Assembly (NCBI GenBank): GCA_009886115.1
Contig: VFJJ01000017.1
Location: 642-64,641, forward strand
Origin: Actinomycetota bacterium
Lineage (GTDB): Bacteria > Actinomycetota > Acidimicrobiia > IMCC26256 > VFJJ01
Reading direction: 5' to 3'
Length of the DNA stretch: 64,000 bases
The stretch's first letter is position 1. Each line of letters starts with the position of its first letter. The notes under the pieces were generated by a model. It did not search any database. It saw only the letters and a program-made list of their open reading frames with translations, and had not been told where the DNA came from. Made by a program: the position numbers and the translations under genes. Below, one piece after another: positions 20,784-29,256 of this stretch.

Positions 20784-21257
20784 ATGACCGACTGGGACGC
20801 TCGCATCGCCGATCTGGGAATCACCATCACCGAGCCGCTGCCACAGGGCGGGCTCTACAGCAGTGTCGTGATCGACGGGACGGTTGCCTACACCGCCGGC
20901 GTCGTCGCGGTCGACGGTCCACCGTGGAAGCTGGCCTACGCCGGCTCCGTGGGTGACGAGCTCGACATCGACGCCGCCCGGGCTTCAGCCGCGCTGGCCA
21001 TGCGTTGCTCGCTGGCCAATCTTCGGGGCGCGCTCGGCGGGAGCCTGAACCGGGTCGAGCGGGTGTTGCGGTTGACGGGGTACGTGCGCTGTCTCCCCTC
21101 GTTCTTGCAACCTCCGGCGGTGATGGACGGCGCCTCGCAGGTGCTCGCCGACATCTTCGGCGCCGAGCTCCTCCCCGTACGGACGGCCATCGGCGTCTCG
21201 GCCCTCCCCGGTGGCGCCAGCGTCGAGCTCGACACCATCGTCAAGCTCCGCAGCTGA
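20784..21257 (+). CDS. RidA/YjgF family protein
   Basis: RTAIGVSALPGGASVE with the conserved Arg. Confidence 0.88.
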   Translation: MTDWDARIADLGITITEPLPQGGLYSSVVIDGTVAYTAGVVAVDGPPWKLAYAGSVGDELDIDAARASAALAMRCSLANLRGALGGSLNRVERVLRLTGYVRCLPSFLQPPAVMDGASQVLADIFGAELLPVRTAIGVSALPGGASVELDTIVKLRS

Positions 21258-21356
21258 GCCGGCCCAGCCCGGCGTGACCCCGTCGGACGACTCGTTTGAC
21301 GCAGACGCGGATGATCCGACCCGCCGGCCGAGCCGGGCGCCGTCGAACTTCGAGAC

Positions 21357-21548
21357 TCACTCGATGACGATGGCCTGTTCGGGGCAACCCAGGGCGGCAC
21401 GGCGGGCCTGGTCCTCGAACTCGGCCGGGACGTCGGCGACGATCGTGTAGGCGTGGCCGTCCTCCTCGCGGAGGCCGAACACGGCGGGCGCGGCGGTCGC
21501 GCAGAGGGTGTGGCCCTGGCACTGCTCGTCGAGCACTCGGACTCTCAT
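21357..21548 (-). CDS. Ferredoxin ([3Fe-4S] type, P450 partner)
   Basis: CQGHTLC...CPEQAI. Confidence 0.92.
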   Translation of the reverse strand: MRVRVLDEQCQGHTLCATAAPAVFGLREEDGHAYTIVADVPAEFEDQARRAALGCPEQAIVIE

Positions 21549-21584
21549 CGACGATCCCCCATCCCGGCGTGCGCGATAGTTGCA

Positions 21585-21604
21585 ATAATTCAGTATGCTA
21601 TATT
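21585..21604. promoter_or_regulatory. Palindromic operator copy 5 (ataatTCAGTATGCTATatt)
   Basis: Divergent gap between the ferredoxin and the amidohydrolase-P450-GntR operon. Confidence 0.85.
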
Positions 21605-21666
21605 CCGGGCTTCGGCCCCCGATGCCGATTCACGGACGCAGGGCCCCGAGGCACACGAGGTGGACG

Positions 21667-22827
21667 ATGGCCGCGCCTGCACACGACTACGACCTCGTCA
21701 GCGTGGACGACCACATCATCGAGCCGCCCACGGTCTGGGCCGACCGGCTGCCGGCGCGCCATCGCGAGGCGGGCCCCCGGGTGATCGAGGCGGACGGGCG
21801 CGAGTACTGGCTCTTCGAGGGCGAGCGCGTGGCCACGATGGGCCTCAACGCCGTGGCGGGCAAGCCGGCCAAGGACTTCGCCATGGACCCGGTGCGCTAC
21901 AGCGACATGATCCCGGGCTGCTACGACCCGGTCGCCCGGGCCCGTGACCTCCTGCGTGACGGGGTGCGGGGCAGCCTGTGCTTTCCCACGTTCCCCCGCT
22001 TCGCCGGCGTGCGCTTCCTGACCGCCGATGACAAGGACCTCGCGGGCCACTGTGTCACGGCATACAACGACTGGATGATCGAGGAATGGTGCGGCGCAGT
22101 GCCTGGCCTCTACATCCCCATGATCATCGGGCAGCTCTGGGATCCCGAGGCCATGGCCGCCGAGATCCACCGCTGTGCAGCGCTGGGAGCCCGGGCGGTC
22201 ACGTTCCCCGAGAGCACCCACGCGTTCGGCCTGCCCTCGTTCCATACCGATCATTGGGACCCGGTGTGGCGAGCGCTCACCGAGACCGACACCGTCTTGT
22301 GCATCCACATCGGCACGAGCGGCAACACGAACATGCCCTCGCCCGACGCCTCGTACACCGTGGCCATCGCGCTGGGCCCCATCGCCGCCCAGATCACGCT
22401 CATGGATCTGCTGCTCAGCCGCATCCCCCGCGAGTTCCCGACGATCAAGATCGCGTTGTCGGAAGGTGGGATCGGCTGGGTCCCCTTCGCCCTCGAGCGC
22501 GTCGACCGCACCTGGGACCGGCACCGGCACTGGTCGGGCCTCGACGATGTGCCCCCTTCGGAGCTGTTCCGCCGGAACTTCTGGGTCTGCTTCATCGACG
22601 AGACGATGGGCATCGAGGCCCGCCACCACATCGGCGTCGATCGCATGATGTGGGAGTGCGATTATCCCCACGCCGACACGCCTTGGCCCAACAGCCAGGG
22701 CGACGTCCGCAAGGCCCTCGCCGGCGTTCCCGCCGACGAGGTCGCTGCCATGACCCACGGCAACGCCGAGCAGCTCTTTCGCTGGCACGTCAAGCCCGAC
22801 GTCGACGCGATCCTCGGGCTCGCATGA
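21667..22827 (+). CDS. Amidohydrolase_2 family protein
   Basis: SVDDHIIEPP, AYNDWMIEEWC, SEGGIGW, WECDYPH; related to 44934..46199. Confidence 0.9.
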   Translation: MAAPAHDYDLVSVDDHIIEPPTVWADRLPARHREAGPRVIEADGREYWLFEGERVATMGLNAVAGKPAKDFAMDPVRYSDMIPGCYDPVARARDLLRDGVRGSLCFPTFPRFAGVRFLTADDKDLAGHCVTAYNDWMIEEWCGAVPGLYIPMIIGQLWDPEAMAAEIHRCAALGARAVTFPESTHAFGLPSFHTDHWDPVWRALTETDTVLCIHIGTSGNTNMPSPDASYTVAIALGPIAAQITLMDLLLSRIPREFPTIKIALSEGGIGWVPFALERVDRTWDRHRHWSGLDDVPPSELFRRNFWVCFIDETMGIEARHHIGVDRMMWECDYPHADTPWPNSQGDVRKALAGVPADEVAAMTHGNAEQLFRWHVKPDVDAILGLA

Positions 22828-24056
22828 GCATCGACGCGCCTCGCCGCCCCGATCCCCCGGACGGGCTCGGCGTCGACTTCGATCACCATTCACCAGAATT
22901 CGCCCGCGACCCTTGGCCCGTCCTGGCCGATCTCAGGGCGACGTGCCCGGTGGCTCATAGCAGCGAATACGGTGGATTCTGGGTGATCACCCGCTACGAG
23001 GATATCAAGCAGATAGCTCTCGACGATGAGACCTTCTCGTCAGCTAACTCCATCATCATTCCGCCCAAGAAGAATACTGGACAGCGGAGTATTCCCATCG
23101 AATGTGACCCGCCGGAGTTCCTCGAATACCGGCGGGTGATGCACCCGATGCTCTCGCCGACGGCCGTCGATCGGCTCGAGCCGGCGATCCTCACGTTCGT
23201 GCACCAGTCGATCGACCGGTTCATCGAGCGGGGCGAAGCCGACCTCGTCCACGAGCTCGCCGACCCCGTCCCGGCCATGACCACGCTGTACAAGCTGGGT
23301 CTGCCGGTCGCGGAATGGGAGCGGTTCTCCGATCCGCTGCACCGCACGGTGCTCCTGCGCCAGGACAATCCGCAACGCGCTGGCGTCATGGACGGGCTGC
23401 GGTGGATCCGCGAGCGACTCGTCGCGACCATCGCCGAGCGACGGGCGCACCCCCGCGACGACATGATCAGCTACCTCGTCCAGGCGAGCGTCTTCGACAG
23501 GCCCGTCACCGACGAAGAGGCCTTCGACATGGCGATGCTCGTCATCCAGGGCGGCTTCGACACGACCGGGTCGTCGATCAGCAGCGCGCTCCGCTACCTC
23601 GACGAGCACCACGACGCGCGCCGACGGCTCATCGCCGATCCGTCGCTCATCCCCACCGCCGTCGAGGAGCTGCTGCGCTACGAAGCGCCGCAGTTCGCGC
23701 TGGCCCGTACCGCGACACGCGACGTCGACGTGGCCGGCCGGGCCGTCAAGGCCGGTGACCGGCTGCTGCTGGTCTGGGCCTCGGGCAATCGTGATGACGC
23801 CATGTTCGACGACGCCGACACGGTGGTCCTCGACCGGTTCCCCAACCGGCACATGACCTTCGGGCTCGGAGCCCACCGCTGTCTCGGCTCCACGTTGGCC
23901 CGGCGTCAGATCGTCTTGTCGTTGGGCGCGGTGCTGCGCCGTCTGCCCGACTATCGCATCGATCGTGAGCGAACCGTCAGGGCCGAGACGATCGGAGTCA
24001 CGTACGGCACGTTCTCGATGCCGTGCGACTTCACGCCCGGACCGCGCTACCTCTGA
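22824..24056 (+). CDS. Cytochrome P450
   Basis: GGFDTT I-helix, EELLR, FGLGAHRCLG heme Cys; ATGA overlap. Confidence 0.95.
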   Translation: MSIDAPRRPDPPDGLGVDFDHHSPEFARDPWPVLADLRATCPVAHSSEYGGFWVITRYEDIKQIALDDETFSSANSIIIPPKKNTGQRSIPIECDPPEFLEYRRVMHPMLSPTAVDRLEPAILTFVHQSIDRFIERGEADLVHELADPVPAMTTLYKLGLPVAEWERFSDPLHRTVLLRQDNPQRAGVMDGLRWIRERLVATIAERRAHPRDDMISYLVQASVFDRPVTDEEAFDMAMLVIQGGFDTTGSSISSALRYLDEHHDARRRLIADPSLIPTAVEELLRYEAPQFALARTATRDVDVAGRAVKAGDRLLLVWASGNRDDAMFDDADTVVLDRFPNRHMTFGLGAHRCLGSTLARRQIVLSLGAVLRRLPDYRIDRERTVRAETIGVTYGTFSMPCDFTPGPRYL

Positions 24057-24079
24057 GATGCGCAGCTGGCCGGGAAACG

Positions 24080-24820
24080 ATGAGTAGCCTCGCTCGCGTG
24101 AGTGGAGCCGAGACGAAGGTCAGGCCAACGCCGGGCCAGAAGCTCGGCGAGGTGCTGGCCATCCGCATTGAAGACGAGATCATGGCGGCGGGCTGGCCCG
24201 TGGGTCGCGTCATCGGCTCCGAGGCCGAGCTCATCGAGCGCTACGGCGTGAGCCGGGCCGTGTTCCGTGAGGCGATCCGCATCGTCGACCACCACGGCGT
24301 GGCCGAGATGCGCCGAGGCCCCGGCGGTGGGCTGGTCGTGGTGGCACCGAGCCTCGACGCCGCCGTCCGAACGGTCTCGCTGAATCTCGAGTTCCTCGAC
24401 ATCCGCCCGGAGCAGATCAACGAGGCCCGTCTCGCCATCGAGCTGAGCTGTGTGCGAACGGCGACCGAGCGCATCAACGACGACGGCCGTAGCGCCATTC
24501 GAGCGTTCCTCGATCAGGAGCACGACGCCATCCTCCACGGTCGCGAGTCGGGCCGGGCGAGCGACGATCGCGTCACCAACGACTTCCATCTTCTGATCGC
24601 CGATCTCACCGGGAACCCGGCCATCCAGATGTTCGCTCAGATCCTCGCTCGCGTCACGAGCCGGCACTCGCCGCGCGCCGAGTCGATCGAGGCCGTGGCC
24701 GACGAGGTGCACCGGGTGCACACGCTCATCGCCGAGCCCATCATGGCCGGCGACGTGAAGACGGCCGAGCGTCGGATGACCCGCCATCTCCACGCCGTCG
24801 TCGAGTTCCTCGACGCCTGA
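24080..24820 (+). CDS. GntR family, FadR-subfamily transcriptional regulator
   Basis: wHTH (SEAELIERYGVSRAVFREA...RRGPGGG) plus FCD domain (FHLLIA..GNP, H, RH). Confidence 0.93.
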   Translation: MSSLARVSGAETKVRPTPGQKLGEVLAIRIEDEIMAAGWPVGRVIGSEAELIERYGVSRAVFREAIRIVDHHGVAEMRRGPGGGLVVVAPSLDAAVRTVSLNLEFLDIRPEQINEARLAIELSCVRTATERINDDGRSAIRAFLDQEHDAILHGRESGRASDDRVTNDFHLLIADLTGNPAIQMFAQILARVTSRHSPRAESIEAVADEVHRVHTLIAEPIMAGDVKTAERRMTRHLHAVVEFLDA

Positions 24821-24845
24821 GCCTCGGTCACCAGGAGCGTCTGCG

Positions 24846-25736
24846 ATGGGATCATCGTCGGCCACCGAACGGCTCGAGTTCGTCGACTGTCACGTCCATT
24901 TCTGGGACCACTCGCGGGCCGGCCTGCGTTGGCCCTACCTCGAGCCGGGCTTCGACCATCCCCGCCTCAAGGAGATGCATCGCCTCGACGCGCCGCGCTT
25001 CAGCGTGCCCGAGCTGATCGCCCAAGCGGGTCACGAGGTGTACCTGCGCAAGCTCGTCCACGTGCAGTCGGCCACCGAGGAGGCTCCCGGCCTGGAATCG
25101 GCCTGGATCGAGTCGGTTGCCGACACCTACGGGACGCCCCATGCCATCGTGGCCCGGGCGTCGCTCGTGGCGCCCGACCTGGCGACGGTGCTCGAGGCGA
25201 ACCTCCGCCATCGGCGAGTGCGAGGCGTGCGGGACATGGGTTCACCGGCGACCATCCGGACCGAAGCCTTCGCCAGAGGTTTCGAGCGGGTTGCCGATGC
25301 CGGCCTGAGCGTCGAGGTCCTGGTGCCGTATCCGCTGTTCGATCGGGTCGCCGAGCTGGCCGCCCTCCGGCCCGACGCGATCGTGATCCTCGGACATGCC
25401 GGTCTGCCCGAGCATCGCGACGCCACCTACCACGCGGCGTGGTCGGAGGCCTTGGCTGTGTTCGGCGATCGACCGAACGTGGTGTGCAAGATCTCAGCGC
25501 TGGCGAGCGGTGCCGACCCGAGCTGGACGGCCGGGTCGATCCGACGCTGGGTCGAGCGCTGCATCGAGGTGTTCGGTCCCGACCGGGCGATGCTGGCGAC
25601 GAACTGGCCGATCGACCTCATGTACGGGACCTATCCCCGCCTCGTCTCGGCCTATCGCGACATCACCGGCGCGCTCCCCCAGCCCTCGCGTACGGCGCTG
25701 TTCGGTGCGACTGCCGAGCGCGTGTATCGCATCTGA
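24846..25736 (+). CDS. Amidohydrolase family, lactonase-like
   Basis: VDCHVHFWDH, CKISA, FGPDRAMLATNWP. Confidence 0.88.
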   Translation: MGSSSATERLEFVDCHVHFWDHSRAGLRWPYLEPGFDHPRLKEMHRLDAPRFSVPELIAQAGHEVYLRKLVHVQSATEEAPGLESAWIESVADTYGTPHAIVARASLVAPDLATVLEANLRHRRVRGVRDMGSPATIRTEAFARGFERVADAGLSVEVLVPYPLFDRVAELAALRPDAIVILGHAGLPEHRDATYHAAWSEALAVFGDRPNVVCKISALASGADPSWTAGSIRRWVERCIEVFGPDRAMLATNWPIDLMYGTYPRLVSAYRDITGALPQPSRTALFGATAERVYRI

Positions 25737-25792
25737 CGGGTCGGGCGACGATGACCTGGGCCGAGCGTCGAGCGAGATGCCGTCTGCGGTCC

Positions 25793-25810
25793 AAATGAGT
25801 ATCCTCATCA
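25793..25810. promoter_or_regulatory. Palindromic operator copy 6 (aaaTGAGTATCCTCAtca)
   Basis: Between co-oriented genes; TATCCT lies 6 nt before GTG 25812 (probably leaderless). Confidence 0.75.
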
Positions 25811-25811
25811 G

Positions 25812-26966
25812 GTGGCGCATGAGCGGTCGACGGGAACGGTTCTGGTTGTTGGCGACGCCTCCCGCGGAAGCTCGACCGATCGGATCGCGGCTCGCCTGGC
25901 TGCCGCTTCGGGCGGGTGCCGATGGGTGGAGGCGACGGCTGAGCAAGCTACGACGGCCTTGCGCCGACTGGTTCCCGACAGCGCCCGGGTTCCCGGGGTC
26001 GCGGTCGTGGGGATCGGCGCGGCCGGGGTCGCCGCGCTCGATGCCGCAGCGACGGTCGGGCGAATCGCGGGACTGGCGCTCATCGGTGTGCCGCTCGACG
26101 CCGACCGGGTTGCCATCGTGTCGGAGTGGCCCGAGGTCGCGGTGCTCGGTGTCGCAGATCCCGACGACCGTCCGGGGCTTGCTGGGGCGGTTGACGCCTA
26201 CCTCGCGTCGCAGCATGCGGCATCCGATCTGTTCGTCGGACGGGTCGACGACGAGTCGGTGACCGCCACTGCGACCTGGCTGGAAGCGCGCCTCGGATCG
26301 ATTCCGGAGGTCGAGGAGGTGGTCGTCAGCAGCTCCGACGGCTGGGAGATCCACGGCACCCGGTGGCTCCCCGCATCGGCGCGGCCGGTGCCCGGCGTCG
26401 TGCTTCTCCATACCGGCCGCAGTGACCGCACGGCGTTCGCCCGGTTGGAGCGACTGCTCGTCGACGCCGGGATGGCCGTCCTCAACATCGACTGGCGCGG
26501 CCGCGGATCGAGCACCAACCTCGGCTCGTACAGCGCGCTCCCGGTCGAGGTCCGAGACGTGGCCTGGCGCGACGCCGCCGCGGCGCTCGACCATCTCGCA
26601 GCTCATCCCCGGGTCGACCCGGAGCGCCTCGCCACGCTCGGCTCGGTGCACGGAGCCGAGCACGCGGTGCGAGCGGCGCACCGCGATCTGCGAGTGAAGG
26701 CGATCGTGATCCTGACCGGCTACCGCCCCGCCGAGGCCGAGGAAGCTCCCCACCTCACCAGTGGCGTCGTCGATGTGCTGTACGTCACCAGCGAGGGCCA
26801 TGCGATCACCACCGCGGCGATGCGCTCGCTCTACGACGCCTCGCCCGGACGACGCACCCAGTTCGTCATCTATCCCGGTGCGCCCATCGGTTACCAGCTC
26901 TTCGAGCTCGATCCCACCCTCGAGCCGCGGATCGTCTCGTGGCTGGGGGAGGTCCTCGCTCGATGA
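25812..26966 (+). CDS. Alpha/beta-hydrolase-fold protein (partial N-terminal domain plus full domain; atypical triad)
   Basis: VVLLH, IDWRGRGSS, VDPERLATLG. Confidence 0.8.
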   Translation: MAHERSTGTVLVVGDASRGSSTDRIAARLAAASGGCRWVEATAEQATTALRRLVPDSARVPGVAVVGIGAAGVAALDAAATVGRIAGLALIGVPLDADRVAIVSEWPEVAVLGVADPDDRPGLAGAVDAYLASQHAASDLFVGRVDDESVTATATWLEARLGSIPEVEEVVVSSSDGWEIHGTRWLPASARPVPGVVLLHTGRSDRTAFARLERLLVDAGMAVLNIDWRGRGSSTNLGSYSALPVEVRDVAWRDAAAALDHLAAHPRVDPERLATLGSVHGAEHAVRAAHRDLRVKAIVILTGYRPAEAEEAPHLTSGVVDVLYVTSEGHAITTAAMRSLYDASPGRRTQFVIYPGAPIGYQLFELDPTLEPRIVSWLGEVLAR

Positions 26967-27685
26967 CCGGCACAGAACGAGAGGTCCGCTTCCCAGCTGC
27001 CGATGGCTGGGAGCTCGGCGGCATCCTGACCGTGCCCCGCGACGACGGTCACCACCGGGGCCTCCCGCCGGGAGCGGTGTTGGTGCCCGCCTCACGACAC
27101 GAGCGCGACGCTTGGGGCTCGACATCGGCTGCGCTCGCTGAAGCCGGTGTCGGGTCGCTCCGCATCGATATCCGGGGCCGGGGCACGAGCCGAGGCGCGC
27201 TCGACCATGGTGCCATGGGGCCGCTCGCCCGACGGAAGGTCGCGCTCGATGTCGCGGCCGCCGTGTCATTCCTGGCCGACCTCGAGGCCATCGACGGCAC
27301 GCGTCTCGCCGTCGTCGGTGAGCAGGACACCGCGGTGGCTGCAGCCGACGCCGCAGTGCGCGACTCCCGGGTCGTCGCCCTGGCGCTGCTGTCGGCCCGC
27401 AATACGAGCGGTCACCCGTGGCCGCATGCCGGCGCCAACCGTGCTGTGCTGAGCCTGGTGTCGACCGAAGACCGTGAAGGTCTCCGGGCCACGGTCGACG
27501 CCTACCTGAGCGGGGCGCCCGGCAGCCGCATCGAGGTCTTCCGAGGACTCGGTATCGGGATCACGATGGCATCTGTGCGCCAGTTCGAGCATCCCGACGC
27601 CGAGGCCATCGAAGTCCTGATCGGCCGTTGGGTCGCTGATCGATTGCGCCAGCCTGGGGCCACACCGCCCCCGCCCGACCATTGA
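26963..27685 (+). CDS. Alpha/beta-hydrolase-fold protein (atypical triad)
   Basis: ADGWELGGIL, IDIRGRGTS, IDGTRLAVVG; ATGA overlap. Confidence 0.8.
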   Translation: MTGTEREVRFPAADGWELGGILTVPRDDGHHRGLPPGAVLVPASRHERDAWGSTSAALAEAGVGSLRIDIRGRGTSRGALDHGAMGPLARRKVALDVAAAVSFLADLEAIDGTRLAVVGEQDTAVAAADAAVRDSRVVALALLSARNTSGHPWPHAGANRAVLSLVSTEDREGLRATVDAYLSGAPGSRIEVFRGLGIGITMASVRQFEHPDAEAIEVLIGRWVADRLRQPGATPPPPDH

Positions 27686-27698
27686 GAGGACGCCGGGA

Positions 27699-28859
27699 AT
27701 GCGAGATGGTTTCGAGTTCATCGACACCGACCAGCACGTCGGTCCGAACATGGAGACGCTGCACACGCACGCCAGCTCCCGTTTGCTGGCGCGTTGGGAC
27801 GAGCTGGTTCCGTATTTCGTCCCGGTCACCGAGGGCCACCACCTGAGCATCGACCCCATCCCCTTCACCCGGAACCTGAACGTGGGCACGACCGGGGCCC
27901 AAACGACGGCGCAGGGTGCCGGGGCCGAGATACCGCTGCGTAAAGCGGTCAAGCACAACTTCGAGGTGCATCCCGCCCCCGAGGTGAACAACGAGAACTG
28001 GGAAGGCCGACTCGCCGACATGGATCGTGAGGGTGTCGACATCGCGCTCATCTTCCCGGCCACGTTCTCGACGGCCGCAACCGTGCTCGACGTCGAGATG
28101 CAGAGCGAGCTGAACGCTGCCTACCACCGATATCTCGTCGGCTACTGCGGGTCGGAACCCGATCGGCTCAAGGGCGTCGCCCTGGCCAACGCCCGCGACC
28201 CCGAGTCGTCGGCTGCTGAGCTGCGCAGCATCGCCGACGAGCCCTGGCTGGCTGCGGTCGCGGTCATCCTGCCCGAAGGGCTGCCGATCGACGATCCGTC
28301 ACTCGCCATGATCTTCGACGTCATGAACGACGCCGATCTCCCCCTCGTGCACCATTCGTTCTTCTACGAGCCTCCGTACTTCCCCGGGTATCGCGACATC
28401 TGGGGAAACCTCGCCATTGCCCGGATGGCGGCGCATCCGTGGGGCGCGCAACGCCTTGTGGCCCACGTGGCCTTGAGCGGCATGTTCGACCGCTACCCGA
28501 ACCTGCGGATCGGTTTCGCCGAGTGCTCGGGCGGGTGGGTCGGGGGCTGGCTCACCCGGCTCACGTATCAGGCCGACTACCTCGCGTCGCGGCTCCCCGA
28601 GATCAAGCGGACACCCATCGAGTACGCGCAGGACGGGAGGATCTTCTGCGGTATCGAGCTCGACGAGGGCGCCCAGTCAGCCGTCGGGGTCGCCGCGGTC
28701 GTCGGAGACGGCGTGCTCATGTATTCGTCCGACTACCCGCACGGCGGCTGCCGGTTCCCCCGTTCCACCGACATCGCTCTGGAGTGGCGCGAGACGCTCG
28801 GCTCCGACTCGTTCCGCAAGCTCACCAGCACCAACGCTCGCCGCCTGCTGCGCATGTGA
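27699..28859 (+). CDS. Amidohydrolase_2 family protein
   Basis: IDTDQHV, HHSFFYEPPYFPGYRDIWG, SSDYPH. Confidence 0.9.
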   Translation: MRDGFEFIDTDQHVGPNMETLHTHASSRLLARWDELVPYFVPVTEGHHLSIDPIPFTRNLNVGTTGAQTTAQGAGAEIPLRKAVKHNFEVHPAPEVNNENWEGRLADMDREGVDIALIFPATFSTAATVLDVEMQSELNAAYHRYLVGYCGSEPDRLKGVALANARDPESSAAELRSIADEPWLAAVAVILPEGLPIDDPSLAMIFDVMNDADLPLVHHSFFYEPPYFPGYRDIWGNLAIARMAAHPWGAQRLVAHVALSGMFDRYPNLRIGFAECSGGWVGGWLTRLTYQADYLASRLPEIKRTPIEYAQDGRIFCGIELDEGAQSAVGVAAVVGDGVLMYSSDYPHGGCRFPRSTDIALEWRETLGSDSFRKLTSTNARRLLRM

Positions 28860-28887
28860 CGCAGCCTCCAGAACACGGGAGACCCCG

Positions 28888-29196
28888 ATGCAACTCGTCT
28901 ATTTCACGGCAACGCTGCGCGACGCCGCACTCATGGACACCCACCGGGCCATGGTGGCCGACATGCGCCGGCTCGCCGAGTCGATCCCCGGTTTCGTCGA
29001 ATGGCGCGAGTGCCAGGAAGACCTGCTCCTGTGGGGCAACATCGTCTTCGAGACCGGCGAGGCCGTTCTGGCCTGGAAGAGCGACCCACGCCACGGCGCG
29101 ATCCACCAGCGCGGCGAGGAGTCGGTCTACAGCTCCTTCTCCACCCAGGTCTTCGAGACGGTGCGCGAGGCCCGTTGGTCGATCTCCGAGCGCTGA
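28888..29196 (+). CDS. ABM (antibiotic biosynthesis monooxygenase)-like protein
   Basis: IPGFV...WKSDPRH...G...Y dimeric alpha-beta barrel pattern; GGGAGA RBS. Confidence 0.75.
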   Translation: MQLVYFTATLRDAALMDTHRAMVADMRRLAESIPGFVEWRECQEDLLLWGNIVFETGEAVLAWKSDPRHGAIHQRGEESVYSSFSTQVFETVREARWSISER

Positions 29197-29256
29197 CCCG
29201 GGGCATCGAGCCGGGCGGATTCGCTGGCGTCCGGGTGATCGGTGGATGATCGCTCC

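Noticed and set aside
20166-21604. Active phase-variable invertible switch
   Set aside because: No recombinase in the window, and inversion would leave the same divergent layout at both ends; an operator is the simpler explanation
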